Positions 19,486-29,237 of a stretch of DNA of 64,000 bases are shown here, in pieces. The notes under the pieces are model-generated. The model searched no databases and was not told where the DNA came from. It was given only the letters and a program-made list of their open reading frames with translations. The stretch's first letter is position 1, and every line of letters starts with the position of its first letter. The stretch is taken from NCBI GenBank assembly GCA_964599455.1, contig CAZREA010000001.1, positions 269,183 to 333,182 of the forward strand, read 5' to 3'. The DNA comes from an uncultured Gammaproteobacteria bacterium (GTDB taxonomy: Bacteria; Patescibacteriota; Patescibacteriia; UBA9934). Position numbers and translations under genes: made by a program.

Positions 19486-20253
19486 CTCCACATTAAAAAT
19501 ACTTAACTCCGACTCTGCGATCACCGTGACTCTTTCCTTTGTGATCGGATGGTCAAAACTGAGCGATCGGGCAAAAAGCGCTAAGGCCTTTCCACTTTCC
19601 AAAGATTCTTTTGATCCATACTTGACATCACCAGCAATCGGCATACCGAGTGAGCTCATCGCCACACGAATCTGATGCGGCCGACCGGTTTTGGGTTTGA
19701 TTTCGACCAGAGCATGATCGTGATCCTGTTTCAAAATCTTGTACGCGAGCTCGGCACGCAATGATCCGGGAACTTCGTGATCAAATGCCTCGACAAAATT
19801 CTTTTGCTCGTCTTTGCGTAACCATTGAATCACGGTTCCGGATGATGCATTCGCAAGGCGATTTGCGGAGACGGGTCGGCTTGCCCTGAGCGACGGCGAA
19901 GGGCGCCCCGTCTCTACGGCGCCATTTCGCGCATCTGTCCTATCCGTTTTCGATCTGTCATTATCTGTTCCCACCACCGCCCAATACGTTTTCTCAATCG
20001 TATGATTCCGAAATTGCTCCGACAACCGCGATGCGCCCTTGCTCGTTTTCGCAAACAACACCACACCACCAACCGGACGATCGAGACGATGCAATAATCC
20101 GAGAAATACATTTCCCGGTTTTTGATCACGATCTTTGATGAATATTTTTACTTCATCAAGAAGATTGGGATCGTTTGTATCATCGCCTTGCGTAAGCATG
20201 CCATGCGATTTTTGCACGGCGATGAGATGATTATCTTCGTAGAGAACGTTCAT
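19477..20253 (-). CDS. RluA-family pseudouridine synthase with in-frame insertion
   Basis: LHRLDRPVGG, TGRPHQIR, GDVKYG. Confidence 0.92.
   Translation of the reverse strand: MNVLYEDNHLIAVQKSHGMLTQGDDTNDPNLLDEVKIFIKDRDQKPGNVFLGLLHRLDRPVGGVVLFAKTSKGASRLSEQFRNHTIEKTYWAVVGTDNDRSKTDRTDARNGAVETGRPSPSLRASRPVSANRLANASSGTVIQWLRKDEQKNFVEAFDHEVPGSLRAELAYKILKQDHDHALVEIKPKTGRPHQIRVAMSSLGMPIAGDVKYGSKESLESGKALALFARSLSFDHPITKERVTVIAESELSIFNVERP
19865..19917. repeat. Nested REP-like palindrome within the RluA coding sequence
   Basis: GGAGACGGG...CCCGTCTCTAC arms enclosing GCCCT-GAGCGACGGCGA-AGGGC. Confidence 0.7.
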
Positions 20254-20261
20254 AAATCTGA

Positions 20262-21005
20262 TTATGTTACCCGTTCTTCAAGACGTGCATACAACGCCTT
20301 ATGAATCGAACGTTGAAAATCAGCAAGACGAGGATTCTGGATAACAATCGCCTTTTCGGCAACGTAATCAATAAATGCAACTTTGTCGCGAAAGATCAAT
20401 TCAGCAACACCATATGCAAAACGATCTTCTTTAACCGGCAAGGTTTTCCACAAACACCCCATGCCTTTTTTGTACGGCTTCCCCTTCATCTCCGCACTCG
20501 TGATCGCACATTGCTGCACACCTTTCTTGTCACGCATCGGTCGATACGTTTCTGGCACAAACTGCTCGATGTCGATTGAGGCATCACAGGCAATATAACG
20601 ATAAAAGATTTCATCACGCCCCAATGTTTCTACAAGTTCAGTAAAAAGATTTTTGATTGCCTGCTTCCCTTCTAATTGACGCAAAGCAAAGGCATCTTTC
20701 TTTTGAGAAAACTTTTCTTCCAGTTCACGAATGACGCTTGTCCCTTCTTGCACGATGTTATCAAGTTCTCGACGAAAAACCGCTGGTGACGCCGCAATAT
20801 AAAACATTCGCTTCCCTTGCTGCTGCATCTCAACCGCATGACGCGCAGCAAGATCGTCGAGCGCACGGGCAACGGTAGGACGATGCAAATTGATACGGTT
20901 TGCGAGCGTTGCCAATGTCGTCGGTCCATCAATAAACAGGCTTTGATAGATAGTGGCCTCCTGTAAAGTGAAACCAAAACAGGCAAAAGGATTCTTTTTT
21001 GTCAT
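20262..21005 (-). CDS. TrmB-like HTH transcriptional regulator
   Basis: GFTLQEATIY...LHRPTV HTH, LEGKQAIK, IFRDKVAFI. Confidence 0.85.
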   Translation of the reverse strand: MTKKNPFACFGFTLQEATIYQSLFIDGPTTLATLANRINLHRPTVARALDDLAARHAVEMQQQGKRMFYIAASPAVFRRELDNIVQEGTSVIRELEEKFSQKKDAFALRQLEGKQAIKNLFTELVETLGRDEIFYRYIACDASIDIEQFVPETYRPMRDKKGVQQCAITSAEMKGKPYKKGMGCLWKTLPVKEDRFAYGVAELIFRDKVAFIDYVAEKAIVIQNPRLADFQRSIHKALYARLEERVT

Positions 21006-21128
21006 ACGAAATTTGGCCTAGACTAGCATACTTTCTACCGAAGTGCAATATCATCGTACATTTTATCTTGCTTAAAAACACAACAATCGCTTTTCTTTTT
21101 ATTGTGTGTCTGCACACAAGGAGCTCAC

Positions 21129-21638
21129 ATGTGTACTGCTACTTCGTTCGATTGTCAGATTAGCCCCATCCTCTTGCTCGGAGAGAACAAGGCTCCGCCA
21201 CTGCCGCCCATCGAGGTGATGGCAAATCAGGTGGAGCCGCGCATCGCCGCCGTGGCCCTCATCCGCGTGAGCGGTCGCGTCGTTCTCGTGCGGCGCACGG
21301 TCTGGCCGCAGATCGGTACCCTCGTCCTGCCGGGGGGATTCAAGGAACTCGGTGAATCCGAACCCGAAGCCGCGGCACGGGAGCTGTTCGAAGAGGCGGG
21401 CATGTTCTTTGACCCGAAGAACCTCACGTACTTGTGGGAATTCCGGGTCAAGGAAGCACCCATCATCGTGAAGTTCTACATCGGCAACTGGGACTTCGAA
21501 CGCGACGGCGAAATCCCTACATTCGTGCCGACCGACGAATCAAGCGAACGGGCGATCGTTTCCCTCAGCGAACTGCCGGCTCTTGGGTTCAGCAGTCACG
21601 CCGAGGCAATCATGCGAGCGTTCGATTGCAAAGGGTAA
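21129..21638 (+). CDS. Nudix hydrolase (intact Nudix box)
   Basis: GFKELGESEPEAAARELFEEAGM matches GX5EX7REUXEEXGU; AAGGAG SD; alternative start 21219. Confidence 0.9.
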   Translation: MCTATSFDCQISPILLLGENKAPPLPPIEVMANQVEPRIAAVALIRVSGRVVLVRRTVWPQIGTLVLPGGFKELGESEPEAAARELFEEAGMFFDPKNLTYLWEFRVKEAPIIVKFYIGNWDFERDGEIPTFVPTDESSERAIVSLSELPALGFSSHAEAIMRAFDCKG

Positions 21639-21790
21639 TGACTCAAAAATCGTGCTCGTCGACCCGCGCGTCGGCGAGCTTTCTTTTTATGTGTACATAC
21701 CTATTACACTTTTCTCCCATTTTTCTGTACATTTTTCCTTTTTCCTCTAGGATAGTTGTGGGTTCAACCACCATACCTCAGGAGAATCTC

Positions 21791-22420
21791 ATGAGGAGAA
21801 GAAAACTCCGCCTGTCTCTTTCATTTCTGCTTCGTGCCGCTGATCCCGAGAACGATCTGGACTCTCCGACGCACTCCACCGGTCGACGAGCCTCACCTGT
21901 CATCCTTGGACCCCGGGGAGAAGACCTCTCGATCGCCAGCTTCCCTCCTCCCACTTTCCACAAATCCTTCGAAACCGGAGGTTTTCTGTGCGCCGTCTTT
22001 CTTATTTGGCGAGGAAAGGTTCTGCTGTTCCAGCTTGATGAGCGTTGGGGAAAGGCAGCAGGTACCTGGTGCCCGCCTTCACTGCTTGTTGCTAGCAACA
22101 AGCAGCGCTACACCACCGGCGAGTCTACCTTTGTGGAAGAGGGGCGAGCCATTGCGCGACGTACGCTCAAGGAAGATACAGGCCTGGAACTGCCGGGCTA
22201 TCGTTTCAGGTCCGTAGCATGGATCCTGGGAACGTCTGCTGTCGAAGATACATATCATGGATTTATGGTGAGGTGGAATGAAGATCACGATGGCCCTCTC
22301 CCGACGATCTCCCTTCCCGTGGGAGCAGTGGGCTACGATTTCTTCGACCCTGCTCAGCCGCCGAATATGGAAGATACGTACGAATACACACTTCCGTTCG
22401 TCATCGAGGAAATCTCGTGA
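21791..22420 (+). CDS. Divergent Nudix-fold protein
   Basis: CAGGAG SD; AVFLIWRGKVLL, GTWCPP...ARRTLKEDTGL. Confidence 0.65.
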   Translation: MRRRKLRLSLSFLLRAADPENDLDSPTHSTGRRASPVILGPRGEDLSIASFPPPTFHKSFETGGFLCAVFLIWRGKVLLFQLDERWGKAAGTWCPPSLLVASNKQRYTTGESTFVEEGRAIARRTLKEDTGLELPGYRFRSVAWILGTSAVEDTYHGFMVRWNEDHDGPLPTISLPVGAVGYDFFDPAQPPNMEDTYEYTLPFVIEEIS

Positions 22421-22574
22421 ATAAAACGTGGCCCGCTGGCACTTGTCGGCGGGCCTCTGTCTTTGTAATAAATCAATGTGTACTCTATCCTTACACTTTT
22501 TTACTCCTTTTTCAGCGTCTTTTTCTCTTTACCTTTAGTGTACTCATCGGCACAGCGGACAACTTCTCCTCCGC

Positions 22575-23042
22575 ATGTCACCAAAGTTTCTCATGAAAAT
22601 CCGTATCGCGGTCATCGCCTTCATCGGCGTCAATGGACATCTGCATAAATCCGTTCACACTCAGTACGTGATTGCCAAAACCAAAGAGCATCACTGGTGT
22701 CTTCCCGAAGCAGATCTCCTTGAAAAAGAAAGATTCGACGATGCAGCAGCGCGCATCCTGCTCGATGAAACGCAAACATGGCTGCCAAACTACAAGTTCG
22801 ACTACTTCGCTCATGAAGTGGAACCAGATGGCATCATCACAATCTTCATGACTACAGTCGGATGGGACTCAGCCCTTCCTCCATCACCGAGAAAGGAGTG
22901 GCCAGCCTTTATTCGCGAGGTCCACGATATTCATAGACAGAGAGGAGACATAGGTCTCGTCAATAAAGGTCTTGTCCACGTAGAGAAGTACCGCGACGCC
23001 GTGATACAAGCCTATCTGAAGTACTTCGTAAAAACTAAGTGA
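22575..23042 (+). CDS. Divergent Nudix-fold protein
   Basis: WCLPEADLLEKERFDDAAARILLDET. Confidence 0.7.
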   Translation: MSPKFLMKIRIAVIAFIGVNGHLHKSVHTQYVIAKTKEHHWCLPEADLLEKERFDDAAARILLDETQTWLPNYKFDYFAHEVEPDGIITIFMTTVGWDSALPPSPRKEWPAFIREVHDIHRQRGDIGLVNKGLVHVEKYRDAVIQAYLKYFVKTK

Positions 23043-23220
23043 CACGTGTCACCCTCATAGCCCGCTGGCACTTGTCGGCGGGCTTCATCTTTTCCTGGAA
23101 GAATAAAAGTGAAATAAAATATTACATTTTAAAAAGCTTTTTCCACATCATTTCCCTTTTTCTCTTACTGTATGTTTGCGAGACATGAACATCATCTTCC
23201 TCATGCCTCGGGAGTTCACC

Positions 23221-23655
23221 ATGAACGTTCATATCATCGTCATCGCCTTCTTCGCAAAAGAAGAAAAAATGGGTACACAAATAATTACTCGGGAAAGAGT
23301 GATCACAAAAAACGGTGAGGAAAAAGGATTACCCAGAGGAAGCATCCAGAACACCGAAACGCTGGAAGAGGCTGCCTCTCGCATTCTTCACGAGTTGAGT
23401 TGCGTACGAATTCCATCTCCTTGCTTTACGTATGCAGCAAATCACAGAAGTAAGGAGGGCATCGAGATCTACATGGTAACGCACGGTTGGCAGGCATCTG
23501 ACGCCACCGATCTTTCCGCGAACTGCACACTCACCATTCCCGCTCTCGTTCATACAAGCGAGCGAGGGATCGTAGAGCGTACCTTCGAACAACATCACGG
23601 TGACGCCACCACGCTCAATATGATCGCACGTGCCTATCAACGGCATCAGTCATAG
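23221..23655 (+). CDS. Divergent Nudix-fold protein
   Basis: GGGAG SD; LPRGSIQNTETLEEAASRILHEL; N-terminus similar to the preceding ORF. Confidence 0.7.
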   Translation: MNVHIIVIAFFAKEEKMGTQIITRERVITKNGEEKGLPRGSIQNTETLEEAASRILHELSCVRIPSPCFTYAANHRSKEGIEIYMVTHGWQASDATDLSANCTLTIPALVHTSERGIVERTFEQHHGDATTLNMIARAYQRHQS

Positions 23656-23712
23656 GAGATCAACTTGTTCCGTTAATCATTGCGTGGTCCGCCGATACGT
23701 TTGTCGGCGGGC

Positions 23713-24960
23713 TTATCTTTTTAATTGATATCTCTCAAGTACATCTTCATCAAATCCATTGTGCAAACAAATATCGCGATACACAAAACTTGACGGACGC
23801 GGTGTACGCTTCATGTCTTTATCAACTGCAATCAATCCAAACTTCGGCCAAAAGCCTTTGTCCCATTCAAAATTATCCAACAACGACCAATGCAAATATC
23901 CACGCACATCAACACCCTCTTGAATAGCGCAATGCACATACTTCAAAGACTCAAGGATAAACCAAGAACGCTTTTCATCAGTCGCATCAGCAAGTCCGTT
24001 TTCCGTGATGATGATTGGTTGTTGATATTTTTTGAGATTCTTTAATGCGTGATAGATGGCTTCCGGATAAAGCTCCCAGCCAAGATCCGATACGATGGCA
24101 TTTTCATTGCGTACTTTTCCGTAAATAAACCGTTCGTGAAAATAATGATTGAGTCCGATAAAATCTTGTTTATCAGCAATACGATTCAAAAACAAACGGT
24201 TGTGCCACCAGTCATATGTTGATGCCAATACACGATTGAGCATGGTTGCAGGTTGCGGATCAACAAAACTATTATTCTTGGCAATGCCGACTTGAGCATC
24301 TGGCTTGATGTGGTGAATGACATCATAAGCGCGACAATGAGCGACGATGAGATTTTTCATCACGACAAGATAGCGAGAAATACTTTTTTGTTGCGGTGGC
24401 CAAACACCGAGTTGATAGGCGTGCTTTGCATACAAGTCCGGTTCATTCAGCGTGATCCAAAAGCGCACTTCAGATCCTAAAACAGACATCACGCGTTCGA
24501 CATAACGTACAAAATACTCAACCGTCTTTTTCTTTTCCCATCCTCCCCTATCACGAATCCATAACGGCAAGGTCCAGTGCCAAAGTGTTACAAAGGGCTC
24601 AATCCCAAGACGACGACATTCTTGAATCACTTTGCGATAATACTGCAATGCTTCTTCATCAAACTTCCCTTCTTCTGGTTCAATCCGCGACCATTCAATT
24701 GAGAATCGCGTCGCCGTATGCCCGAGTTTTTTGGCTAATTGTAAATCTTCTTTGAAAAATTTTTGATGCTCAACTCCTTTACCAGAGATAAAATTTTCTA
24801 AGCCATATTTTTCTAATTCCCCTGTTGTACGTAAATATTCTGCTCGTTCCGAGGAAGATTCCCAATCGGTCCAATCGTTGCTCAAGCCACCCTCGACTTG
24901 ATGACTCGAGGTTGAAGCCCCCCAGAAGAATCCTTGGAGAAATTGAAAGACTTGAGGCAT
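23713..24960 (-). CDS. Glycoside hydrolase family 1 (beta-glucosidase-like)
   Basis: WGASTSSHQVEG, RFSIEWSRI, TLNEP, ITENG, WSLLDNFEW. Confidence 0.95.
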   Translation of the reverse strand: MPQVFQFLQGFFWGASTSSHQVEGGLSNDWTDWESSSERAEYLRTTGELEKYGLENFISGKGVEHQKFFKEDLQLAKKLGHTATRFSIEWSRIEPEEGKFDEEALQYYRKVIQECRRLGIEPFVTLWHWTLPLWIRDRGGWEKKKTVEYFVRYVERVMSVLGSEVRFWITLNEPDLYAKHAYQLGVWPPQQKSISRYLVVMKNLIVAHCRAYDVIHHIKPDAQVGIAKNNSFVDPQPATMLNRVLASTYDWWHNRLFLNRIADKQDFIGLNHYFHERFIYGKVRNENAIVSDLGWELYPEAIYHALKNLKKYQQPIIITENGLADATDEKRSWFILESLKYVHCAIQEGVDVRGYLHWSLLDNFEWDKGFWPKFGLIAVDKDMKRTPRPSSFVYRDICLHNGFDEDVLERYQLKR

Positions 24961-25021
24961 ATTTTTGCAAATACTAGACAATTTTGTTAAAGTCTTTGCG
25001 CATCTTTATCAGGAGGATCTG

Positions 25022-25546
25022 ATGCAACACATCCCCGTTCATCGAACACCGCGTTTTTGCCCCCTCTGCGGCAAGACGCCAACCGAACTACCAGCACCCA
25101 ATCACGATACGTTCGAGTGCCCCGAGGGGCACAGGCTGATCATACAGGCGAGGTTGGAGGCGGCTGCAGCGCTGTGGCTTGCAGGACCTCGCTCGCCCAG
25201 GCTGATCATCATCCGCAAAGCGGATGGCAAGCTCTATCTGCCGCGCGGTCGCGTGCGCGTTTGGGAGACCACGCAGAGAGCGGCAGAGCTCGCGCTCACG
25301 CAGCAGGGCCAGGTCAATCCGGGGATCTTCCTCAATGACCACTTCTACGAGAAGGCAAACACCGCGGGAGTCCTGACCACATACTTCGGTGGAACGGTAA
25401 TCGCGCACCCCCAACCCTTCCAGGTCAGCGCCGAGATTCCCGAGCGACTGATACTGCCGCGCGAGGAAGTGTGGATGCGAGGGATCCTTGCTCTGTCTGA
25501 AGATCAGGAAGCGGTAGACGTGTGGTGCAGCGTGGAGCGCAGCTAG
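25022..25546 (+). CDS. Zinc-ribbon plus degenerate Nudix-fold protein
   Basis: AGGAGG SD; FCPLCG...CPEGH; LPRGRVRVWETTQRAAELAL; hairpin 25567-25594. Confidence 0.7.
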   Translation: MQHIPVHRTPRFCPLCGKTPTELPAPNHDTFECPEGHRLIIQARLEAAAALWLAGPRSPRLIIIRKADGKLYLPRGRVRVWETTQRAAELALTQQGQVNPGIFLNDHFYEKANTAGVLTTYFGGTVIAHPQPFQVSAEIPERLILPREEVWMRGILALSEDQEAVDVWCSVERS

Positions 25547-25603
25547 GACAACTTCTAATCCCGCAGACGCCGCCTTTCGTACAAGGCGGCGTCCATGTTT
25601 TTA

Positions 25604-26461
25604 TTACCATCGCGCTCGTACAACCACTCCCGTCGGCAACAAAAGTTTTCGCTTGTTGTGTTCTTGGAGCGTCAACTCAGCACTCGTAATAATGGTCGAC
25701 CAGGACAATGCGCTCTGCACCATATTCTCAATTGCAAGCGCGGGATAACCAAGCGAATAGGCGTTCACGAGCAACAAACCTGATTCTTCTTTTAAAAGCT
25801 TCGCACAATCATCCAAAAGTATCGGCAAATGTTCTTCAAATTTCCACAATTCCCCTTCTGGTCCACGACCAAAGGCAGGTGGATCCATCAAGATCGCATC
25901 GTAGGTATTTCCGCGTCGCAGTTCGCGAGCAATAAATTTTTGTACGTCATCCACAATCCAACGTACTCTCTTATCTGCAAGTCCCGAAAGTTCAAGATTC
26001 TCTCTTCCCCACGTTACCACCGGCTTACTCGCGTCCACATGCGTCACTTCGCATCCCACAGACGCTGCAGCTACAGAAGCTCCGCCCGTATAGCCAAAAA
26101 GATTGAGCACCGACATGCCTGCACGGAGTTCTTTTTTCAGATAGGCCCAATTGCTTGCTTGTTCCGGAAAAAGACCCGTGTGTTTAAACGATGTAGGGCG
26201 AATATGAAACGATAAATCCTCCCACGCAATCGTCCAAGCATCTGGGGTTGTTTTATGCGCCGTCCATTCTCCATCTCGACCTTCGCGAGTGTACACCAGA
26301 TGCGCATCAGTCCAACAATCGGCATGGGGATTTTCCTTCTTCCAAATTGCCTGCGGATCGGGTCGTATCATGACGATATCGCCAAAACACTCCGCCTTTT
26401 CTCCATCACCCGAATCTAAAAGCTGATAGGATTTCCACTGTGCGATTTCACGTTCGAGCAT
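25604..26461 (-). CDS. SAM-dependent methyltransferase (RlmI/RlmK-like)
   Basis: YQLLDSGDGEK, KHTGLFPEQ, LNLFGYTG, MDPPAFG. Confidence 0.88.
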   Translation of the reverse strand: MLEREIAQWKSYQLLDSGDGEKAECFGDIVMIRPDPQAIWKKENPHADCWTDAHLVYTREGRDGEWTAHKTTPDAWTIAWEDLSFHIRPTSFKHTGLFPEQASNWAYLKKELRAGMSVLNLFGYTGGASVAAASVGCEVTHVDASKPVVTWGRENLELSGLADKRVRWIVDDVQKFIARELRRGNTYDAILMDPPAFGRGPEGELWKFEEHLPILLDDCAKLLKEESGLLLVNAYSLGYPALAIENMVQSALSWSTIITSAELTLQEHNKRKLLLPTGVVVRARW

Positions 26462-26472
26462 ACCAAAAGATC

Positions 26473-27270
26473 TTACCCGTAGATCGTAACCCAAAGCAAG
26501 AACACACCAAGCGCAATGCGATACAGGGCAAACCAACGGAAACCACCTTTTTCAATGACCGACAACAAAAATCTGATCGCAAAAACACCCGACAAAAAAG
26601 CAGTGACACAGCCAACAAGCAAAGCACCCACCGAAACATCAAGTCCCGTTTGTGCAACATCAACCGCAGTCAGCAATCCTGCTCCGGCAATCGCCGGAAT
26701 GGCAAGGAGAAAAGAAAACGTCGCTGCCGTTTTTCGATCAAGTCCCGCCAACAGTCCAACGCTCATGGTTATGCCCGAACGTGAAACGCCAGGAATAAGG
26801 GCGACTGCTTGCGCAACACCAATCCCAATTGCTAACGGCCACGACGTTTTATCATCACGCATCACCGATCGCGGATAGTGCGCAGCTACATAATCCGCAA
26901 TCCACAACACCATTCCCCACACAATCAACATCGTCGCCACAACCGATAATGTCCGCTGCGCTTCAAGCCAATCGCCGGCAAGAACACCAAAGACGGCCGC
27001 AGGAATGGTAGCAAGGATGATTTTGAGCAAAAACCGCTGCGCTCCTTTGTCACCTTTTTTAATCTCGTACCACCACGCACTGATGCGCGGCCAAAGAGCA
27101 ACGAATATTGCTCCGAGCGTTGCCAAATGCACCGCTACATCAAACGTTAAACTATGAATATCCCATCCTAACAAGTCAGGAAATAAAATAAGATGACCAG
27201 AACTGGAGATAGGTAAAAATTCCGTGAGACCTTGTACTATTCCAAGAATCGCGGCTTGGAAGAGCGTCAT
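26473..27270 (-). CDS. uppP: Undecaprenyl-diphosphatase
   Basis: GIVQGLTEFLPISSSGH, PGVSRSG. Confidence 0.96.
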   Translation of the reverse strand: MTLFQAAILGIVQGLTEFLPISSSGHLILFPDLLGWDIHSLTFDVAVHLATLGAIFVALWPRISAWWYEIKKGDKGAQRFLLKIILATIPAAVFGVLAGDWLEAQRTLSVVATMLIVWGMVLWIADYVAAHYPRSVMRDDKTSWPLAIGIGVAQAVALIPGVSRSGITMSVGLLAGLDRKTAATFSFLLAIPAIAGAGLLTAVDVAQTGLDVSVGALLVGCVTAFLSGVFAIRFLLSVIEKGGFRWFALYRIALGVFLLWVTIYG

Positions 27271-29228
27271 ATATCTTTTAGTGAATGATCGTTTTGCAAC
27301 GGTGTTGCATTTGGGATGGTGGGATGCGGAAGCGAAGCTAAAGGATTCACCATCAATGGTGAAGACGATCCACTCATTGCACTTCCTGGCTTCTTTTTGC
27401 GGCGACGTTTACGTTTTTTCTTCGCTCCATCATCAACATGATTGTTTTCTGTACGCTCAGAACTAAAAGAAAGATCGTCACGCTCTTGCTGATGATTGTA
27501 TTCAACAGTTGATGACGTGGATGGTATTTGTGTCGACCGAGGTTCGGATTGCAATGCCGATAACGGCGCCGAGGCTGCAACTGGTCTTTCAATTATTGCC
27601 CCATCGGACACTTTTGCCGGAGCAAAAATAACCGGTCCTTTTTGTACTTTACGCATGTCCGCTTTTTCTTTTGCCTTTTGGCGTTCGGCATCAACGATAG
27701 GCTTGCATTCTTCACAATAAATCGGACGCGAACGATCGAGTTCAACCGGCAATAAGAATTTTTTGCCACATCGCGTACAGTCGTATTCGTGACTGTAACG
27801 CAACTTCTTGGCTTCTTTTTTCGCATCACGCACTTCGGCAAGTTTTTCTTCAACATTCACATCATCACCAAAACCACTCCACGTTACCACATGGTCTTCA
27901 ATCATCTTGCGATTGCCGCCGTAACGCTCACGTGATTGTTCAATAACTTTTTGCGCACTGAAAGTTCGCTGTGCAATGGGAGGTAAAGTAGTAGCGGAAA
28001 ATGGTTGACTCGTCACGCCATCAATCATGAGTTTGACGTAGATACCAATTTTTGGCAGCTCAATAAGATCCTGAGCCGTAAAGCGGGGCATGAATTCAGG
28101 TTCAAGGAAAAGACTATCCGGCGAACCCACACGAAAAGTGATCATGGTACCCACGTTACCGAACACCGCATCGCGCACTTCTTCGGACAGCTGGGCAATG
28201 TATTGATGCGCCAAAATAAGATTCAATCGATATTTACGCGCCTCAGACAAAATCGTCGCAAATGATTCAACGGCAAAGTTTTGAAATTCATCAACGTACA
28301 AGTAAAAATCTTTGCGATCTTTTTCGGGCATGTCGACCCGTTCCATGGCAGAAATCTGCACCTTGGTAATGAGCATGCCGCCCAACAAGCGCATCGCTTC
28401 GTCACCATTTCGTCCCTTTGATAAGTTCACAATAAAAATCTTTTCATTGTCCATGATGTCGCGCAAATTCAAAGAACTTTTTGCCTGCGCAACAATATTG
28501 CGTATAACCGCCGATGAAATAAATTGTCCGACTTTATTTTGAATTGGCGCTACAGCTTCTGAGGCGAACTTTGAATCGTAGGCTGCAAACTCTTGCACCC
28601 AAAATTGCTTCACGATCGGATCTTTGATGTTTTTAATGATCTCGAGACGATAATCCTTGTCCGACAACATGCGATTGATACCAAGAAGTGTGGAGCCAGG
28701 CGTATCGAGTAATGCCTTCACGGTGTTATTGAGAATATATTCCATGCGCGCGCTCCACACATTTTCCCAAATCTTTTTAAAGACCGACAACAATGATGAT
28801 GCAATACGTTCTTTTTCTTCCGTAAGTAAATCAACCGGCAAATCATGATTTACCTCAAGAACGTTGAAGGCGATCGGATTATCAAAATCAGCAGGATTGA
28901 AATAGACAACATCATTAATGCGCCACGAAGGAATGAAGTCAATCAATTTTTCGGCCGTGTCACCGTGCGGATCAATATAACAGCAGCCGTGCCCCGCATA
29001 GACGTCCGACAAAAACATGTTCTCCATGAGCGTGGTTTTGCCCATACCCGTCTTACCGATAATGTACATGTGGCGACGGCGATCATCGGTTTTGATGCCA
29101 AACTTGCGCATGGCATTGCGAAAATTTGTTTGGGCAAAATGCGTAACATGCTGCTCATGATCATACTGAAACGAACCATCTCCTGATGGTTTTGTGGGCT
29201 TTACTGCATCGTCATGGACATCGTGCAT
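27267..29228 (-). CDS. VirD4/TraD-like P-loop ATPase with C-terminal CxxC-x17-CxxC zinc ribbon
   Basis: HMYIIGKTGMGKT, IDPHGD, YVDEFQNF, SEARKYRL, CTRCG...YCEEC. Confidence 0.88.
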   Translation of the reverse strand: MHDVHDDAVKPTKPSGDGSFQYDHEQHVTHFAQTNFRNAMRKFGIKTDDRRRHMYIIGKTGMGKTTLMENMFLSDVYAGHGCCYIDPHGDTAEKLIDFIPSWRINDVVYFNPADFDNPIAFNVLEVNHDLPVDLLTEEKERIASSLLSVFKKIWENVWSARMEYILNNTVKALLDTPGSTLLGINRMLSDKDYRLEIIKNIKDPIVKQFWVQEFAAYDSKFASEAVAPIQNKVGQFISSAVIRNIVAQAKSSLNLRDIMDNEKIFIVNLSKGRNGDEAMRLLGGMLITKVQISAMERVDMPEKDRKDFYLYVDEFQNFAVESFATILSEARKYRLNLILAHQYIAQLSEEVRDAVFGNVGTMITFRVGSPDSLFLEPEFMPRFTAQDLIELPKIGIYVKLMIDGVTSQPFSATTLPPIAQRTFSAQKVIEQSRERYGGNRKMIEDHVVTWSGFGDDVNVEEKLAEVRDAKKEAKKLRYSHEYDCTRCGKKFLLPVELDRSRPIYCEECKPIVDAERQKAKEKADMRKVQKGPVIFAPAKVSDGAIIERPVAASAPLSALQSEPRSTQIPSTSSTVEYNHQQERDDLSFSSERTENNHVDDGAKKKRKRRRKKKPGSAMSGSSSPLMVNPLASLPHPTIPNATPLQNDHSLKDI

Positions 29229-29237
29229 AGCAGAAAA

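Larger units (their letters stand above)
21654..23712 (+). terminator. Four related terminator hairpins (21654-21679, 22431-22454, 23060-23083, 23687-23712)
   Basis: Two identical 24-mers GCCCGCTGGCACTTGTCGGCGGGC plus two variants ending GTCGGCG(A/G)GC, each followed by TCTTT. Confidence 0.85.

Noticed and set aside
21434-21790. N-terminal extension of ORF 21434-22420
   Set aside because: It overlaps the previous Nudix gene and its terminator; an SD-preceded ATG lies at 21791
21654-23712. CRISPR array or integron attC sites
   Set aside because: Repeats are separated by whole genes, lack the RYYYAAC/GTTRRRY boxes, are followed by T-rich tails, and no cas or intI gene is in the window
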